Part shown: positions 5,813 to 15,578 of the stretch, in pieces
How positions within the stretch are numbered: the stretch's first letter is position 1
How the letters are laid out: the number at the start of each line of letters is the position of its first letter
DNA from: a virus
Taxonomy: Duplodnaviria; Caudoviricetes
Virus record (IMG/VR): IMGVR_UViG_3300037742_000050
Location: 1 to 55,102 of that record
Direction: 5' to 3' (one strand)
DNA length: 55,102 bases
Program-made: the position numbers and the translations under genes
The notes under the pieces: model-generated
What the model was told of the DNA's origin: nothing
What the model saw: the letters and a program-made list of their open reading frames with translations, nothing else
The model's database searches: none

Positions 5813-8395
5813 CTACGCCGGTCTCCAGGGATACCCGTTGCCGGTGATCATCGTGTTCGGGGAGTGCCTGAGCCCGATCCACTCCTGTGCGCTTGAACGT
5901 ACGAAGCCCAGTGCCTCAAGGCGTCTGGCGAACTTGCGGGGACCGATCGGTGGCCCGACCCGGTTCGCTTGGACCCAATTCTCGTACAACTGATAGATGC
6001 TGGAGTTCTTGACCGTGGCGTCCTTTTCGAGGACCAGCACCTTCTCCTCCACCACGGAATCGATGAACTGCGATACCGTGTCGTTCTCTTTGCGGTACGT
6101 GTTCCCCGCCTCGATCACCGCTTCCGGCTCAACCAGCCCCAATGGGCCCTCGAAGTCCCGCATCCCGGCGATGAGCCAGTTCAGGATACCGTCCGCCTCG
6201 GCAGTCAACTTGTCGAGAAGCTCCGGATCATCCCGCTCACCACGGAACTCCTGCTCGAACCGGATCACCTTCAACCGGTCCCAGGTGGCCGTGTCCTCCG
6301 GGTTGACCTTGGGGTGGTGGTTGGTAGCCATGAACAGCACGAACTGGGGCAACCACTCCTGCGGGGATTCGTACAGTCCCCGTGAGTTCATCTTGTCCTG
6401 GCCGGTGACCCGCTTGACAAGCTCCTCGTCCATGATCGTTGACTCGGAGGACTCCGAGGTCGCCACGAATCGGCGCCCGCGCAGGTGGTGCAGGTCCGTG
6501 GAAGGCGAGGACCCGTCCCGCTTGAACCGGAACAGGGTTGCCGAAGCAGTGGCCGCGTAGTCACCGAACGTGTGGCCCAACGATTCGATGAACTTCGATT
6601 TACCGGAGCGGGGTGGACCGGAAATGATCGCCATAGCACGCCGGTTCGGCTTCCCCCGCAACGCGTACCCGGAGATCCGCTGCAAGAACCCGCGCAACTC
6701 GGGCTCAGGCAACACCTCCTCGATGAACTTGTCCCAGTGCGGGGACTCCGCGTCGGGGGTGTAGCTCGCGTCCATCTGCTTGGTCAGCATGTACTTCGGG
6801 TGTGCCGGCAACAGCTTTGGCATGTCCCCCGGCGTCCCGAGGTCCAACACCCCGTTCTTCACGCCCACGTACCGGGGATGCTTGTCGAACTCGTCCGCTG
6901 TAACCGTTGTGTCCGGGTGGGCCCGGAAGTTTGCCACTGCTGCGTTGGTCCTCGCGTCCGAGTGCGACACCTTCGCCCACTTCGCGAGTTTCTCGCCACG
7001 CTCATCGCCGGCATCGATGAGTTGCTGTGCTTGCTCCTGAACGATGCTGGCCATCTGTGATGCCGCACGCTTTACCGGGTCAGGGTTGTGGAGGATCTCC
7101 CACCGGGAACCGTTGTACCGGGCCCATTTCTTCGCGTCGGCGACGTACTTGAAGATGTCCCCGTACAAGGCGGCCATCCGATCCCCGTTGCCAGTGTCGT
7201 GCTGTGGCTGCCAGGTAAGGTCCGGTGCCTCGGTGGCCGGCTGCCACGAATCCGGCGTCCCATCGGGCTCCGGGCGTCGTAGTTGCAGCGTGTCCGGCAA
7301 CGGGACCGACGTACGTGGCTCCCCGAAGCCCTTGCCAGCTAACGATTTCGCTGCCGCCTTCAGGTCCCCGTTATGGTGGATCAGGGCGTACACGTACCCC
7401 TTGGTATACGGGCCACCAGCCGGGATATGAGCATCCGCGTCGGAGAACATGTACAGCCGGTCCCGGTCCCCGTCACGGCCGGTGGTGGCGCTGTGCCCGT
7501 CACGGCGTTCCTTGCCGGACCGGGTCCAGTACGTTGTGATGCCTTGAGTGTGGTGGACCTGCCACCCCAGTCCCCCGAGGAGGTCGGCGTGCTCCCAGTC
7601 GGTGGCACTTTCGAACTGGTCCAGTGGTGTAGTCCCAGCGACCGGGGTCGGTACCTTGTCGTCACTGTCACGGTTATCGGCTGGTCTGAGCTTCAAGCTG
7701 GCGCTGGCGAACGCCGCGACGAGGGTCTCTACCCGGTAGCTGGGCCCGGTGGCCGAGAGGACTTCGCACGCGCGCTCAAGTCCCGCCTTCCGGTTCACCG
7801 TCCCCGGCACACGAAGCACGCGCGAGAGGTCACCGCACTGGGTGCCGTAGAACATCCCGAGTCGCTCGGCACCTTCCCCGAGGCAGCGCTGCCATCCGGT
7901 GCTCAACTCCTGGAGCGCGGACAGTTGCTCTTGGTTACCGGGGTCGAGATGGTATGGCTCGGACAACAACCAGTAGGGGTAGAACCCGCCTCCTGACCCC
8001 ACCCATAGTGTTGGTTCGGGTAGGCCGGCTTCATGGATGATCAGCTTTGCTTGATCCCAGGAGGCCGGCAGTGGCTTGGTGGTCTTGTGGCCAGGGCCCG
8101 CGATATCGATGTCCGCCCATAGTCCGGGGAAGCTGACCGAGTCGCTGTCCCTGCCCCGTCCTTCAACTACATTGTCACTGATCGTTGTAACCCGGAGATA
8201 GATACCCTCGCGGCCGAGTCGATCCAGTTCAGCGACATATTCACCGGCATCTTGGAATGCAATGTGGCTGTCCAGGGAAAACGCCCTGCCGGCCCAGTCG
8301 CCGGTGGAGCAGATATGAATGTTTCCGTGTGAATCGCCGTGTAGGTATTCAAGCCACGATCGAACAGCTTCAATATCGAATTGGCTTGATGCCAT
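5813..8395 (-). CDS. DNA primase/helicase (primase domain plus P4/D5-type SF3 helicase)
   Basis: WADID, SGGG..YW, RVLRVPGT primase motifs; Walker A GPPRSGKS; VKRVTGQD, MATNHHP. Confidence 0.9.
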   Translation of the reverse strand: MASSQFDIEAVRSWLEYLHGDSHGNIHICSTGDWAGRAFSLDSHIAFQDAGEYVAELDRLGREGIYLRVTTISDNVVEGRGRDSDSVSFPGLWADIDIAGPGHKTTKPLPASWDQAKLIIHEAGLPEPTLWVGSGGGFYPYWLLSEPYHLDPGNQEQLSALQELSTGWQRCLGEGAERLGMFYGTQCGDLSRVLRVPGTVNRKAGLERACEVLSATGPSYRVETLVAAFASASLKLRPADNRDSDDKVPTPVAGTTPLDQFESATDWEHADLLGGLGWQVHHTQGITTYWTRSGKERRDGHSATTGRDGDRDRLYMFSDADAHIPAGGPYTKGYVYALIHHNGDLKAAAKSLAGKGFGEPRTSVPLPDTLQLRRPEPDGTPDSWQPATEAPDLTWQPQHDTGNGDRMAALYGDIFKYVADAKKWARYNGSRWEILHNPDPVKRAASQMASIVQEQAQQLIDAGDERGEKLAKWAKVSHSDARTNAAVANFRAHPDTTVTADEFDKHPRYVGVKNGVLDLGTPGDMPKLLPAHPKYMLTKQMDASYTPDAESPHWDKFIEEVLPEPELRGFLQRISGYALRGKPNRRAMAIISGPPRSGKSKFIESLGHTFGDYAATASATLFRFKRDGSSPSTDLHHLRGRRFVATSESSESTIMDEELVKRVTGQDKMNSRGLYESPQEWLPQFVLFMATNHHPKVNPEDTATWDRLKVIRFEQEFRGERDDPELLDKLTAEADGILNWLIAGMRDFEGPLGLVEPEAVIEAGNTYRKENDTVSQFIDSVVEEKVLVLEKDATVKNSSIYQLYENWVQANRVGPPIGPRKFARRLEALGFVRSSAQEWIGLRHSPNTMITGNGYPWRPA

Positions 8396-8547
8396 ACGAC
8401 AACCCCTCTCGATATGTGGGCGAGTCCCCCGAGTTCTTGCGCCACACCGGAAACGTGGATCAGATCGTACGCCCTCCGCTCGGCCTTCGGTACCATCCTC
8501 TCAGGAACGGAGGACCGCACCATCCCCCGCTCCCACTCCCCAGAAAT

Positions 8548-8600
8548 AGGGGAACCCCCGAGGCTGAGTGTCTTGTCGACGCCCCTCGGGGGTTTCTCCT
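8548..8600 (-). terminator. Stem-loop after SSB-like gene
   Basis: AGGGGAACCCCCGAGG...CCTCGGGGGTTTCTCCT. Confidence 0.6.
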
Positions 8601-8612
8601 ATATGAGGACGA

Positions 8613-9404
8613 TCAGTAGCCGTACTGCTGCTGCTCCGTCTGCGGATTCGGTACTTGTTGCTGGTTGTTCTGGTGCTGCTGTTGCAGTCGCTCCAGGATT
8701 GACTGCTGCGCCGGGTTAGCACCCTGAGGCGGCAGCGGAGGCGTCTGCTGTTGATACTGCTGCTGCGGTGCTGGCCGGGACCAGGCCGGCTGCTCCTGCG
8801 GGGCCCCGTGCCACGGCGGCTGCTGCGTCGGCTGCTGGCCCCACTGCTGCTGGGGCTGCTGCTGTTGGCCGCTCCACGCTCCCTGCTGCTGGCCCCACTG
8901 CTGCTGCGGAGGAGGGCCCTGCTGCCCGTACCCCTGCTGGTACTGCTGCTGGGGCTGCGGTGCCGGAACCGTGTACTCGCGTGGCTCGGACGGCTTGAAG
9001 TCCGGGTTCGCCACACCCCACGTATTGGCCTTCTCCACGGCGGCTGCCTCATGAGTCAGCGAGATGAAGATCCACGGCGGTTGACCCATGGTCGCCTGAC
9101 CCTTGCCGATCGTACCGAGGAGCGGTCCCTGACCGATCCGCTGCCGGAACGCCTGGATCAGTCGCGACTGCCGCCACAACTGGGCCCGGTACACCTTCGG
9201 GTTGCCCTCGTCGTCAGGCATCTCCAAGGTCACCACGTCAACACTGATCGCGTCATCGACCTTGTCAGGGCGGGAGAACTTGGTCGGTGGCGCCGGATTC
9301 ACGTGCTGGATCGGCCACACGATGATCAACGTCCCAGCAAGCTGGTCCGGATTGATGTACTCGCGGGCCAGTTCACCCGGCTCTTGGAAGCTGAATGGTT
9401 CCAT
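8613..9404 (-). CDS. Probable ssDNA-binding protein with Gln/Pro-rich tail
   Basis: Beta-rich N-domain plus about 110-aa Q/P/G/W low-complexity tail; lies in replication module. Confidence 0.55.
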   Translation of the reverse strand: MEPFSFQEPGELAREYINPDQLAGTLIIVWPIQHVNPAPPTKFSRPDKVDDAISVDVVTLEMPDDEGNPKVYRAQLWRQSRLIQAFRQRIGQGPLLGTIGKGQATMGQPPWIFISLTHEAAAVEKANTWGVANPDFKPSEPREYTVPAPQPQQQYQQGYGQQGPPPQQQWGQQQGAWSGQQQQPQQQWGQQPTQQPPWHGAPQEQPAWSRPAPQQQYQQQTPPLPPQGANPAQQSILERLQQQHQNNQQQVPNPQTEQQQYGY

Positions 9405-9705
9405 CGTTCACCCACTCCTGTCTCAGTTGCCACATCTCACGTTGCCGTCTCGCTTTGTGCCGTGAAGCCTCTTGCTCGGTCATGCTGCTCACGTGATACC
9501 AGCCGCATACGTTGCACCGGTACGGGTGACTTGGTTCACCTTCTTTGTTACTGATACGTCGGGCCACTCTCATTGCCAGTTTGTAGGAGCCGAACGAATA
9601 CTTGTTGTTTACTAAACACCTCGGTCCATATTTGGCGCGTGCCACATGAGCACCCCTAATCGATTTCTGATTGCACCTTAAGGATCTCGTTGGGCTTCGG
9701 TCCAC
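9373..9705 (-). CDS. Small basic Zn-binding protein
   Basis: YRCNVCGWYH motif; true start probably downstream of ORF start. Confidence 0.55.
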   Translation of the reverse strand: MDRSPTRSLRCNQKSIRGAHVARAKYGPRCLVNNKYSFGSYKLAMRVARRISNKEGEPSHPYRCNVCGWYHVSSMTEQEASRHKARRQREMWQLRQEWVNDGTIQLPRAG

Positions 9706-10147
9706 TCAATGTGTAATCAGTTATCCCTTCCTGTTTGATAAACGACATCACCCAGTCACGGGCACCCGAATCATCTTCACGTGGGATGCCGGTGTTGTCG
9801 GCGACCTGCTGCCACAACCAGTCCGGTGCGTCGGACCGATACAGGACCCAGGCGAGCGGATCTCGTTCGTACTGCACAAGGAACTCAGTCATCTGCTTTG
9901 CATCTCCTCGATTGTCGATAACCTGCTTCCATTTGAGGGCTTCATCGACTGACTTGTGTAGCGTGACAGTTAATCCACCACACTTCGCAAGTAGTGCGTA
10001 TCTCCCTTCTCCTTGAATCCAGACCGCGTAAGACCAGATGCATTTGGCAAAAGTTCGGAAAGAGCGGTGACGAGCACTGCATTCATGGAAGCGATAGGCT
10101 GCAATCCTCTCGTTCAGTGGCTCACTGAACCTCATCGTCCTCCACAT
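9656..10147 (-). CDS. Hypothetical protein
   Basis: Fills operon gap. Confidence 0.55.
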   Translation of the reverse strand: MWRTMRFSEPLNERIAAYRFHECSARHRSFRTFAKCIWSYAVWIQGEGRYALLAKCGGLTVTLHKSVDEALKWKQVIDNRGDAKQMTEFLVQYERDPLAWVLYRSDAPDWLWQQVADNTGIPREDDSGARDWVMSFIKQEGITDYTLSGPKPNEILKVQSEID

Positions 10148-11190
10148 CCATCCACTCCGGGTCCCCGCTCCGGATCGCGGGGGTCAAAGAACGGGCACCA
10201 CACACAGTTACGTCCCGGTGACGCCTCAATCTCGATCCAGCGTTGAGGGTTGTTCACGATGTCCAGTTCCATCAGCCTCCCGGCGAGCCGGTACATGCGC
10301 TCCAGGGCCCGCTCCGCGATGCTTCGATCGTAGGGCCAGGCGTAGGCCCGCATGTCCCCGAGCCAACCATTGCGGGGCACGAACACCAGCGCGACCTCGT
10401 TGACTGGGATACCCGCGTTCTCGTACCCCAGACCGTACAGGTGGATCTGGGTGATGTAGCCCTCCGGTGGCCCCTGCGCCATGATCTTCTTCATCGCATC
10501 GGTGCCGGCCGACTTCAGGTCTACCACAGCCCCCCGTGGGATGTAGTACAGATCAGAGTGTCCCGAGATCATCGGGTCCACGTCAAGCTTCTGCTCGGTC
10601 AGCCAGTTCCGGCTCCCGGTCGCCTCCTGGTAGGCCAGGACCGCCCTCTCGGACCACGAGTGGATCGCCGTACCCACGATCGCCGGCCACGGGTCCATGC
10701 GCTTGTTCACCGTGGCGAGCCCGGCGAGCTTCATCCCAAGTCTGCGATCGCACGGATCACCTAGTTCAGACGGGCCGGGAGCCATCTGTTTCGATCTCGG
10801 GGAGTTGCGTTCGGCCCACAGGAACACGTCGGTCAGTTCGTGCTTCAGCGGGTCCTCGCCTGGTACGTCCTGAAACTCCATCGGCCGCCTATCGCAGAAT
10901 GGGTGCAAGTCAAAGCCCTCGCTTAAATGGACTTGATCCAGTCTTACACCACACCTACGACATAAACTCGCGTCCTTTGGTAGAGGGTCCGTGTCGCGGA
11001 ACGGTCTGAGATGACGTGGCCGGGGTCGCATCCCCTTGACCCGGTCCATCGGGAACGGGATGCCATGAGCCCGGATGGAGCAGTCCTCGCACTGCTGTAC
11101 CTCGATGTATTCAGGGATGGCGTAGCAACGTTTACCGCAGTCCGCGCACTTCGTCTCGTAGAGTCCAGCGAATGCGTGCTTGAGATCCAC
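10132..11190 (-). CDS. Cas4-like/RecB-family PD-(D/E)XK exonuclease with N-terminal Cys motifs
   Basis: PSELGDPCDRR, GTAIH, SGHSD...VDLKS, QIHLY, C..CPF. Confidence 0.85.
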   Translation of the reverse strand: MDLKHAFAGLYETKCADCGKRCYAIPEYIEVQQCEDCSIRAHGIPFPMDRVKGMRPRPRHLRPFRDTDPLPKDASLCRRCGVRLDQVHLSEGFDLHPFCDRRPMEFQDVPGEDPLKHELTDVFLWAERNSPRSKQMAPGPSELGDPCDRRLGMKLAGLATVNKRMDPWPAIVGTAIHSWSERAVLAYQEATGSRNWLTEQKLDVDPMISGHSDLYYIPRGAVVDLKSAGTDAMKKIMAQGPPEGYITQIHLYGLGYENAGIPVNEVALVFVPRNGWLGDMRAYAWPYDRSIAERALERMYRLAGRLMELDIVNNPQRWIEIEASPGRNCVWCPFFDPRDPERGPGVDGCGGR

Positions 11191-11469
11191 TTACTCATCC
11201 CACAGGTACTCAGCCCACCTGGTGTCCACCCATGCGGTCTTGTGGACGTAGTTGGTCACCTGTACCCGCCCCACCCACAGCTTCCCTGACCCGTCGTACA
11301 GTTCCACGTACTCGCCGGGTAGCAAGGTGTCCGAGTACGGCTCTATGTCGGAGAAGTTGACCAGTATCCCGTCGCTCGCTGTCGGCGGCACGGATTTGAC
11401 TTTCACCCGGAACTTGACGAGATGTTCGCCTGCTTCACGTACATCCCAAGACGCCCCAGATCCAAACAA
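11191..11469 (-). CDS. Hypothetical protein
   Basis: Operon position; start uncertain. Confidence 0.5.
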   Translation of the reverse strand: MFGSGASWDVREAGEHLVKFRVKVKSVPPTASDGILVNFSDIEPYSDTLLPGEYVELYDGSGKLWVGRVQVTNYVHKTAWVDTRWAEYLWDE

Positions 11470-11807
11470 TCCAGTTCACCTGCCTCGCACATCTTCTGCA
11501 CCACGAACGTGGGCTTGGCCAAGTATGAAGCCATCTCCGACGCTGGCAAATAGTTCCCGAACTCCGGTCCCAGTTCGATGACCCTGTCCAGTTGCTCGAT
11601 AATGTCCACATAGAACTGTCCTATTTGGACAGCCGAGTTGGACCAGACTCTAGTGCCCGGTTCCTCCCAACGCAACACCGTCTGCGTCGAGACGTCAAGG
11701 ATCTCAGCCAGACGCCTACGGCTCAACCGGAGAGGCGGTCGGAGTTGTCTCAGCCAACCGGTTGAAACCACGGCAAAGCCGAGGGATTCGAGATGATCGT
11801 CAGTCAC
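11403..11807 (-). CDS. XRE-like HTH DNA-binding protein
   Basis: LSRRRLAEILDVSTQTVLRWE plus second HTH-like segment. Confidence 0.75.
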   Translation of the reverse strand: MTDDHLESLGFAVVSTGWLRQLRPPLRLSRRRLAEILDVSTQTVLRWEEPGTRVWSNSAVQIGQFYVDIIEQLDRVIELGPEFGNYLPASEMASYLAKPTFVVQKMCEAGELDCLDLGRLGMYVKQANISSSSG

Positions 11808-11881
11808 ACCTCATCCTAGCGACACCCCCCGACAGTGGACTCCCAGTACAGCAAAAGGCCCCCGGCAATCCGGGGGCCCCG

Positions 11882-12142
11882 CTACTTGTGCTCGGTGACA
11901 GTGATCACCATTGCCTTGTCCTCGAACAAGATGATCAACTGGTTGGGTTTGTCCAGTTCCATCGCCGCGTAGTGACGGACAGGGCTCGCATTTAGTACCT
12001 CGATAAGCTCATCACGAGCAACGGTCTCAAGCTTCGGGACATCGATGAGCGCCTTTTTGAATCCGATCCTCCAGTCCTCAGTCATTCCTTCCCTCCTGAT
12101 CTCCATCCAAGAAACAGGGCGGCGAAAACGACCACCCCACAC
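11882..12142 (-). CDS. Hypothetical protein (likely start MTEDW)
   Basis: SD GGAGG before internal ATG; GGCCCCCGG/CCGGGGGCC hairpin follows the stop. Confidence 0.55.
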   Translation of the reverse strand: MWGGRFRRPVSWMEIRREGMTEDWRIGFKKALIDVPKLETVARDELIEVLNASPVRHYAAMELDKPNQLIILFEDKAMVITVTEHK

Positions 12143-12252
12143 AAGAGCACCTCGCCGGGACTGGCGGTGCCTTCAAGAATCCGGGTGATGATCCCCATCG
12201 AACCTCCGTACGGGAAAAGGGGCCCCGGTTACCCGGAGCCCCCAATCCGCTG

Positions 12253-13764
12253 TCAGTCCTCGACCTTGAGGATGTCGCCGTCCGGGAAGTCGATCCTCAG
12301 CCTCGACGTCGCCGTTTTTACCAACAGATCCTCGAACGTGACCTCACGGGCACCCTCCTGGGCGCCGTTCATCAGGTCCAACTGGCGCCGCAGACCGTTC
12401 GCCGAGTTCACCAGGTCGACCGTCATGATCGGTTCCTCGACGCCACCGGTACGGGTCAGCATGTACCGCAACGCCCGGCCAACAGCCTCCACATTGAACG
12501 CGGGCGGGAACCCGACGAACGCCTCAGCGACCACCTTGTAATCGATGTCACCCTGAAGGTGCTCAGGGATATGCGCCTTACAGAGCCGCTCGAACCCTTC
12601 GGCGTCAAGCTCGCCGATGTGGATCACCGCGTCCAGCCGACCTGGACGCATGACGCCCTTCTGGATCTTCTCGACGTAGTTCGTCGTGAACGCGGCCATC
12701 ACCTCGGCACCCTTGGCGCCCATCCCGTCCAGCGCGTCCAGCAGGCGGCTGATCTGGTCGACGTCACCTTCCTGCTTCGTGTCGAGATCCTCGAACCAGA
12801 GGACGGCCGGCGCGTACAACTGTGCCGTTTTCAGCGCCTCGAACAAGTCGTCCCTGCCGGGGCGCACCTGGATGAACGTGAAGCCGGCCGCAACCGCCTC
12901 CTGTGCCGTCAGGAGCCCCAGCAGCGTCTTGCCGGTGCCGAAAGGGCCCTCGATGAGCACGTGCCGCTTGATCGGCAACCCGGCACGGAGCACAGCCTGG
13001 GGATTGCGCAACGGCAGCCACAGGTGCGTCTCCACGTCGGTCAACACCTCGTTGGAATAGATCACCTTCCGGCGATCCACTGCCGTCGAAATGAAGTTCG
13101 GATGCTGGGCGCCGTCGATCGCCTTGCCCTTGTAGATGGAATGAAGCCGAAGCTCCTCCTCCAACTTCACGAAGAAGCCTTCGATGTGCTGCCGGTACTT
13201 GCGCGGCACCTCGGCGCCGATCATTCCGATGACCCCGGACTCAGGGTCGCTCGTCGCGCCGACGCTGAACGTGCAGTCCAGGATCGGCAGCCGGACCAGA
13301 CCCCACGGCACCTGGATCGTTTCCGACGTGGAGATCGGCACCGTGATGAACCGGGGCGGCTCCGGGCCGAACATGGTCATCATCGTCTGGCCGAACCCGC
13401 TGGTACCGAACACCAGTCGTAGCGTCCGCTCGAAAGCGGCAGCCACGTCGTAAGGTCGGTACGGGAACATCTTCATGATCTCGTGGGTCTGGGACTGCTG
13501 CTTCTGCCAGTCCTTCAGGAAGTCGATGGCCTTGTCGACCCGACCCTCGTACATCTCGGGCAGGATGAGTTTGTCACCCTCGAAGGTGAGCGCGTCGTCC
13601 TGCACGGTGAGGCCACCGAGGGCTGCCAGCGCGGCGAGGGTTGCCTGCCGGACCTGCTCAGTCCGGGCAGTGGCCGATTTCTTTGCCGTCGCCTCCTGGT
13701 CCACAGCGGAGATGAAGTTCTCGACGCTGAATTCGCTTACCGCTACTACGTTGTTGTCGTTGAT
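12253..13764 (-). CDS. AAA+ ATPase
   Basis: Walker A GPFGTGKT, Walker B LWFEDLD, TTN, RPGRLD arginine finger; start GTG 13704 or ATC 13764. Confidence 0.9.
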   Translation of the reverse strand: MNDNNVVAVSEFSVENFISAVDQEATAKKSATARTEQVRQATLAALAALGGLTVQDDALTFEGDKLILPEMYEGRVDKAIDFLKDWQKQQSQTHEIMKMFPYRPYDVAAAFERTLRLVFGTSGFGQTMMTMFGPEPPRFITVPISTSETIQVPWGLVRLPILDCTFSVGATSDPESGVIGMIGAEVPRKYRQHIEGFFVKLEEELRLHSIYKGKAIDGAQHPNFISTAVDRRKVIYSNEVLTDVETHLWLPLRNPQAVLRAGLPIKRHVLIEGPFGTGKTLLGLLTAQEAVAAGFTFIQVRPGRDDLFEALKTAQLYAPAVLWFEDLDTKQEGDVDQISRLLDALDGMGAKGAEVMAAFTTNYVEKIQKGVMRPGRLDAVIHIGELDAEGFERLCKAHIPEHLQGDIDYKVVAEAFVGFPPAFNVEAVGRALRYMLTRTGGVEEPIMTVDLVNSANGLRRQLDLMNGAQEGAREVTFEDLLVKTATSRLRIDFPDGDILKVED

Positions 13765-13802
13765 CGCAATGCTCCTTTCTGCTCATCCGGATGAATGTTT
13801 CG

Positions 13803-13887
13803 TGGCCGGGGCAGGACTCGAACCTGCCCCCTTCTCCAGCTTGGTACCAAGACAGGAGATGTAACTTCCCCTCGTTACTACCCGGCC
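13803..13887 (-). ncRNA. tRNA-like element with anticodon arm replaced by long hairpin
   Basis: Acceptor GGCCGGG/CCCGGCC, D stem GTAAC/GTTAC, T arm GCAGG-TTCGAGT-CCTGC; no 7-nt anticodon loop. Confidence 0.75.
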
Positions 13888-13915
13888 AGGACCGGCCCCG
13901 AAGGGCCGGGTGGTG

Positions 13916-14692
13916 CTAGTCGTTGCTGGTGACGGTGACCTCGTCGGCGAGTACCGGGCTCTCGTCCCACTCGATGTCCGCATTGGCCCAGTCAGCCTTC
14001 TCCCTCGCCTCCTCCTCGCTGTACGCGGAGACGGTGAGCCAAGCCCTCCCCTTGTTGTCGACGGTACGGCGACTCAGTTCCCAGTACCGCTGGACCGGAA
14101 GGGGTTCCAGGTTGACCCTGGCGAGCGACTCGTTGATACCGGACTCGCCGCACCAGCGGTGCTGGTTGTTGATGACCCACTGCCGGACCGTTGCCCTCAT
14201 GGCGTCGACCTCGTCCGTGATCGACTCGACGGTCTCCTCGGCTACCGGCGTCTCAGCCGGGGGCTCCGGGAGCCCTTCGATGTTGTCGAGGGTCGCGTGG
14301 TCCACGTTAACGTAATCCAGGTTATTCAGGTTGTAGCCGCTGTAGTTCGCGACCCGTTCGACCATTTCTGCAGGCGTCATGCCTGCCGGGACCTCCGCGA
14401 CCCGCTTCGTGGTGACCGTCAACTTCAGCGCGACCGTCCCACCCTTGATGGGCAGGCCGATCAGCCCCCGGAGGTGATCCACGTCGTTCCGGTTGAGGTT
14501 CATGCCGTTGCGCTGCCGGGTGATCTCGGTCTCGAACACCTTCCGGGTCATGTCCCGGTAGCGGCGGGCTGTGGTGAGCGCCTTGTCCTCCACTGCCGGC
14601 ACCTCGACGGCGGTCTCCGTTGCCAAGCTCTCGGCCGGTTCGGTCTCCGTTGCCTCGCGTACGTCATGCGGGGACTGCGTGTTCTCAGTGAT
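13916..14692 (-). CDS. Acidic hypothetical protein
   Basis: Long ORF; SD GAGAGGAG 6 nt before in-frame ATC 14692; the ORF-track 5' extension overlaps a tRNA-like element. Confidence 0.7.
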   Translation of the reverse strand: MTENTQSPHDVREATETEPAESLATETAVEVPAVEDKALTTARRYRDMTRKVFETEITRQRNGMNLNRNDVDHLRGLIGLPIKGGTVALKLTVTTKRVAEVPAGMTPAEMVERVANYSGYNLNNLDYVNVDHATLDNIEGLPEPPAETPVAEETVESITDEVDAMRATVRQWVINNQHRWCGESGINESLARVNLEPLPVQRYWELSRRTVDNKGRAWLTVSAYSEEEAREKADWANADIEWDESPVLADEVTVTSND

Positions 14693-14726
14693 CTCATGCT
14701 CCTCTCTGTCGATGGATGGTGCTGCG

Positions 14727-14823
14727 TGGAGCGGGCAGGACTCGAACCTGCATCCCTTGGGCTTAGGGCCCATGCACTGCCTGGTACTCGCGTCGCAGCG
14801 AGCGCCGCTTGTGCTACCACCCC
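14727..14823 (-). ncRNA. tRNA-like element with D-loop insertion and shortened anticodon arm
   Basis: Acceptor GGGGTGG/CCGCTCC, D stem GCAC/GTGC around extra hairpin, TGGGC-CCTAA-GCCCA, T arm GCAGG-TTCGAGT-CCTGC. Confidence 0.7.
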
Positions 14824-15026
14824 GAGATCCCCCGTTTGATCTGCTTCACATATTTTATAACAAGTACCGCCATGATCGCAATGGCCAAGGTGGGAAGTGG
14901 CCCACCCCACATCGGTAATCGCTGCGCATTCACCGCGAGCATGCGACCGGAGCGCTGGGACACGAGCGTCACGTACGTCCCGTGGTAAGAGCGATGTAGC
15001 TCTGTCTCCCGTAATCGGATAGTCAT
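14814..15026 (-). CDS. Small hypothetical membrane protein
   Basis: SD AAGGGGG; hydrophobic C-terminus. Confidence 0.4.
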   Translation of the reverse strand: MTIRLRETELHRSYHGTYVTLVSQRSGRMLAVNAQRLPMWGGPLPTLAIAIMAVLVIKYVKQIKRGISGW

Positions 15027-15578
15027 ATGTCCCCCTTTTTAAAGTCTATTGTGGACGGTGCCAGTGACCTTGCCGCATCCCTCGGGGGCTTGGGGTCACT
15101 GGCACCACTCCATGGAGTTCGGAATCCCGGTGCCCCGGTTTCCTAGGCAATGGTCGGCTCCGCTGCCTTGCGGAGAACCTCGGTGCCCCCGCGCCGGGGG
15201 GCCCTCTGAGCGCCATGCCACCCACGACACCCCTTGATGTCCGGAGGCGACTCACCCACGTTCCCAGCAGTCAGGGTCAGCTTGAGGTTGGTGGGTGAGG
15301 GTCTAATACTTCACTCCCACCAGGACTGAAGCAGTCTTGCTGCGGGCATACTTGCCCAGCATTTTCCAGTACCGGTCACGGGTTTGTTCCGTTGCCTGCA
15401 ACGGCAACCAGAATGGATCACGTCTCAAATTACTCACTCCCTCCAAATCTTTGTCGTTGGGGGTGGCGCCCAGTAAAGGGGAACTCAACCAGGACGCCAG
15501 CCCCCCAACGGGTGCGCGGTACGGAAAGGCGTGTGGCCAGACGGACGGGGAGTCTCTGACCACCTCCGGACCGCTCCG

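Noticed and set aside
10132-11190. Cas4-like nuclease as adaptation module for the arrays
   Set aside because: Such nucleases are common phage recombination exonucleases; it sits with SSB/primase 6 kb away and no Cas1/Cas2 is present
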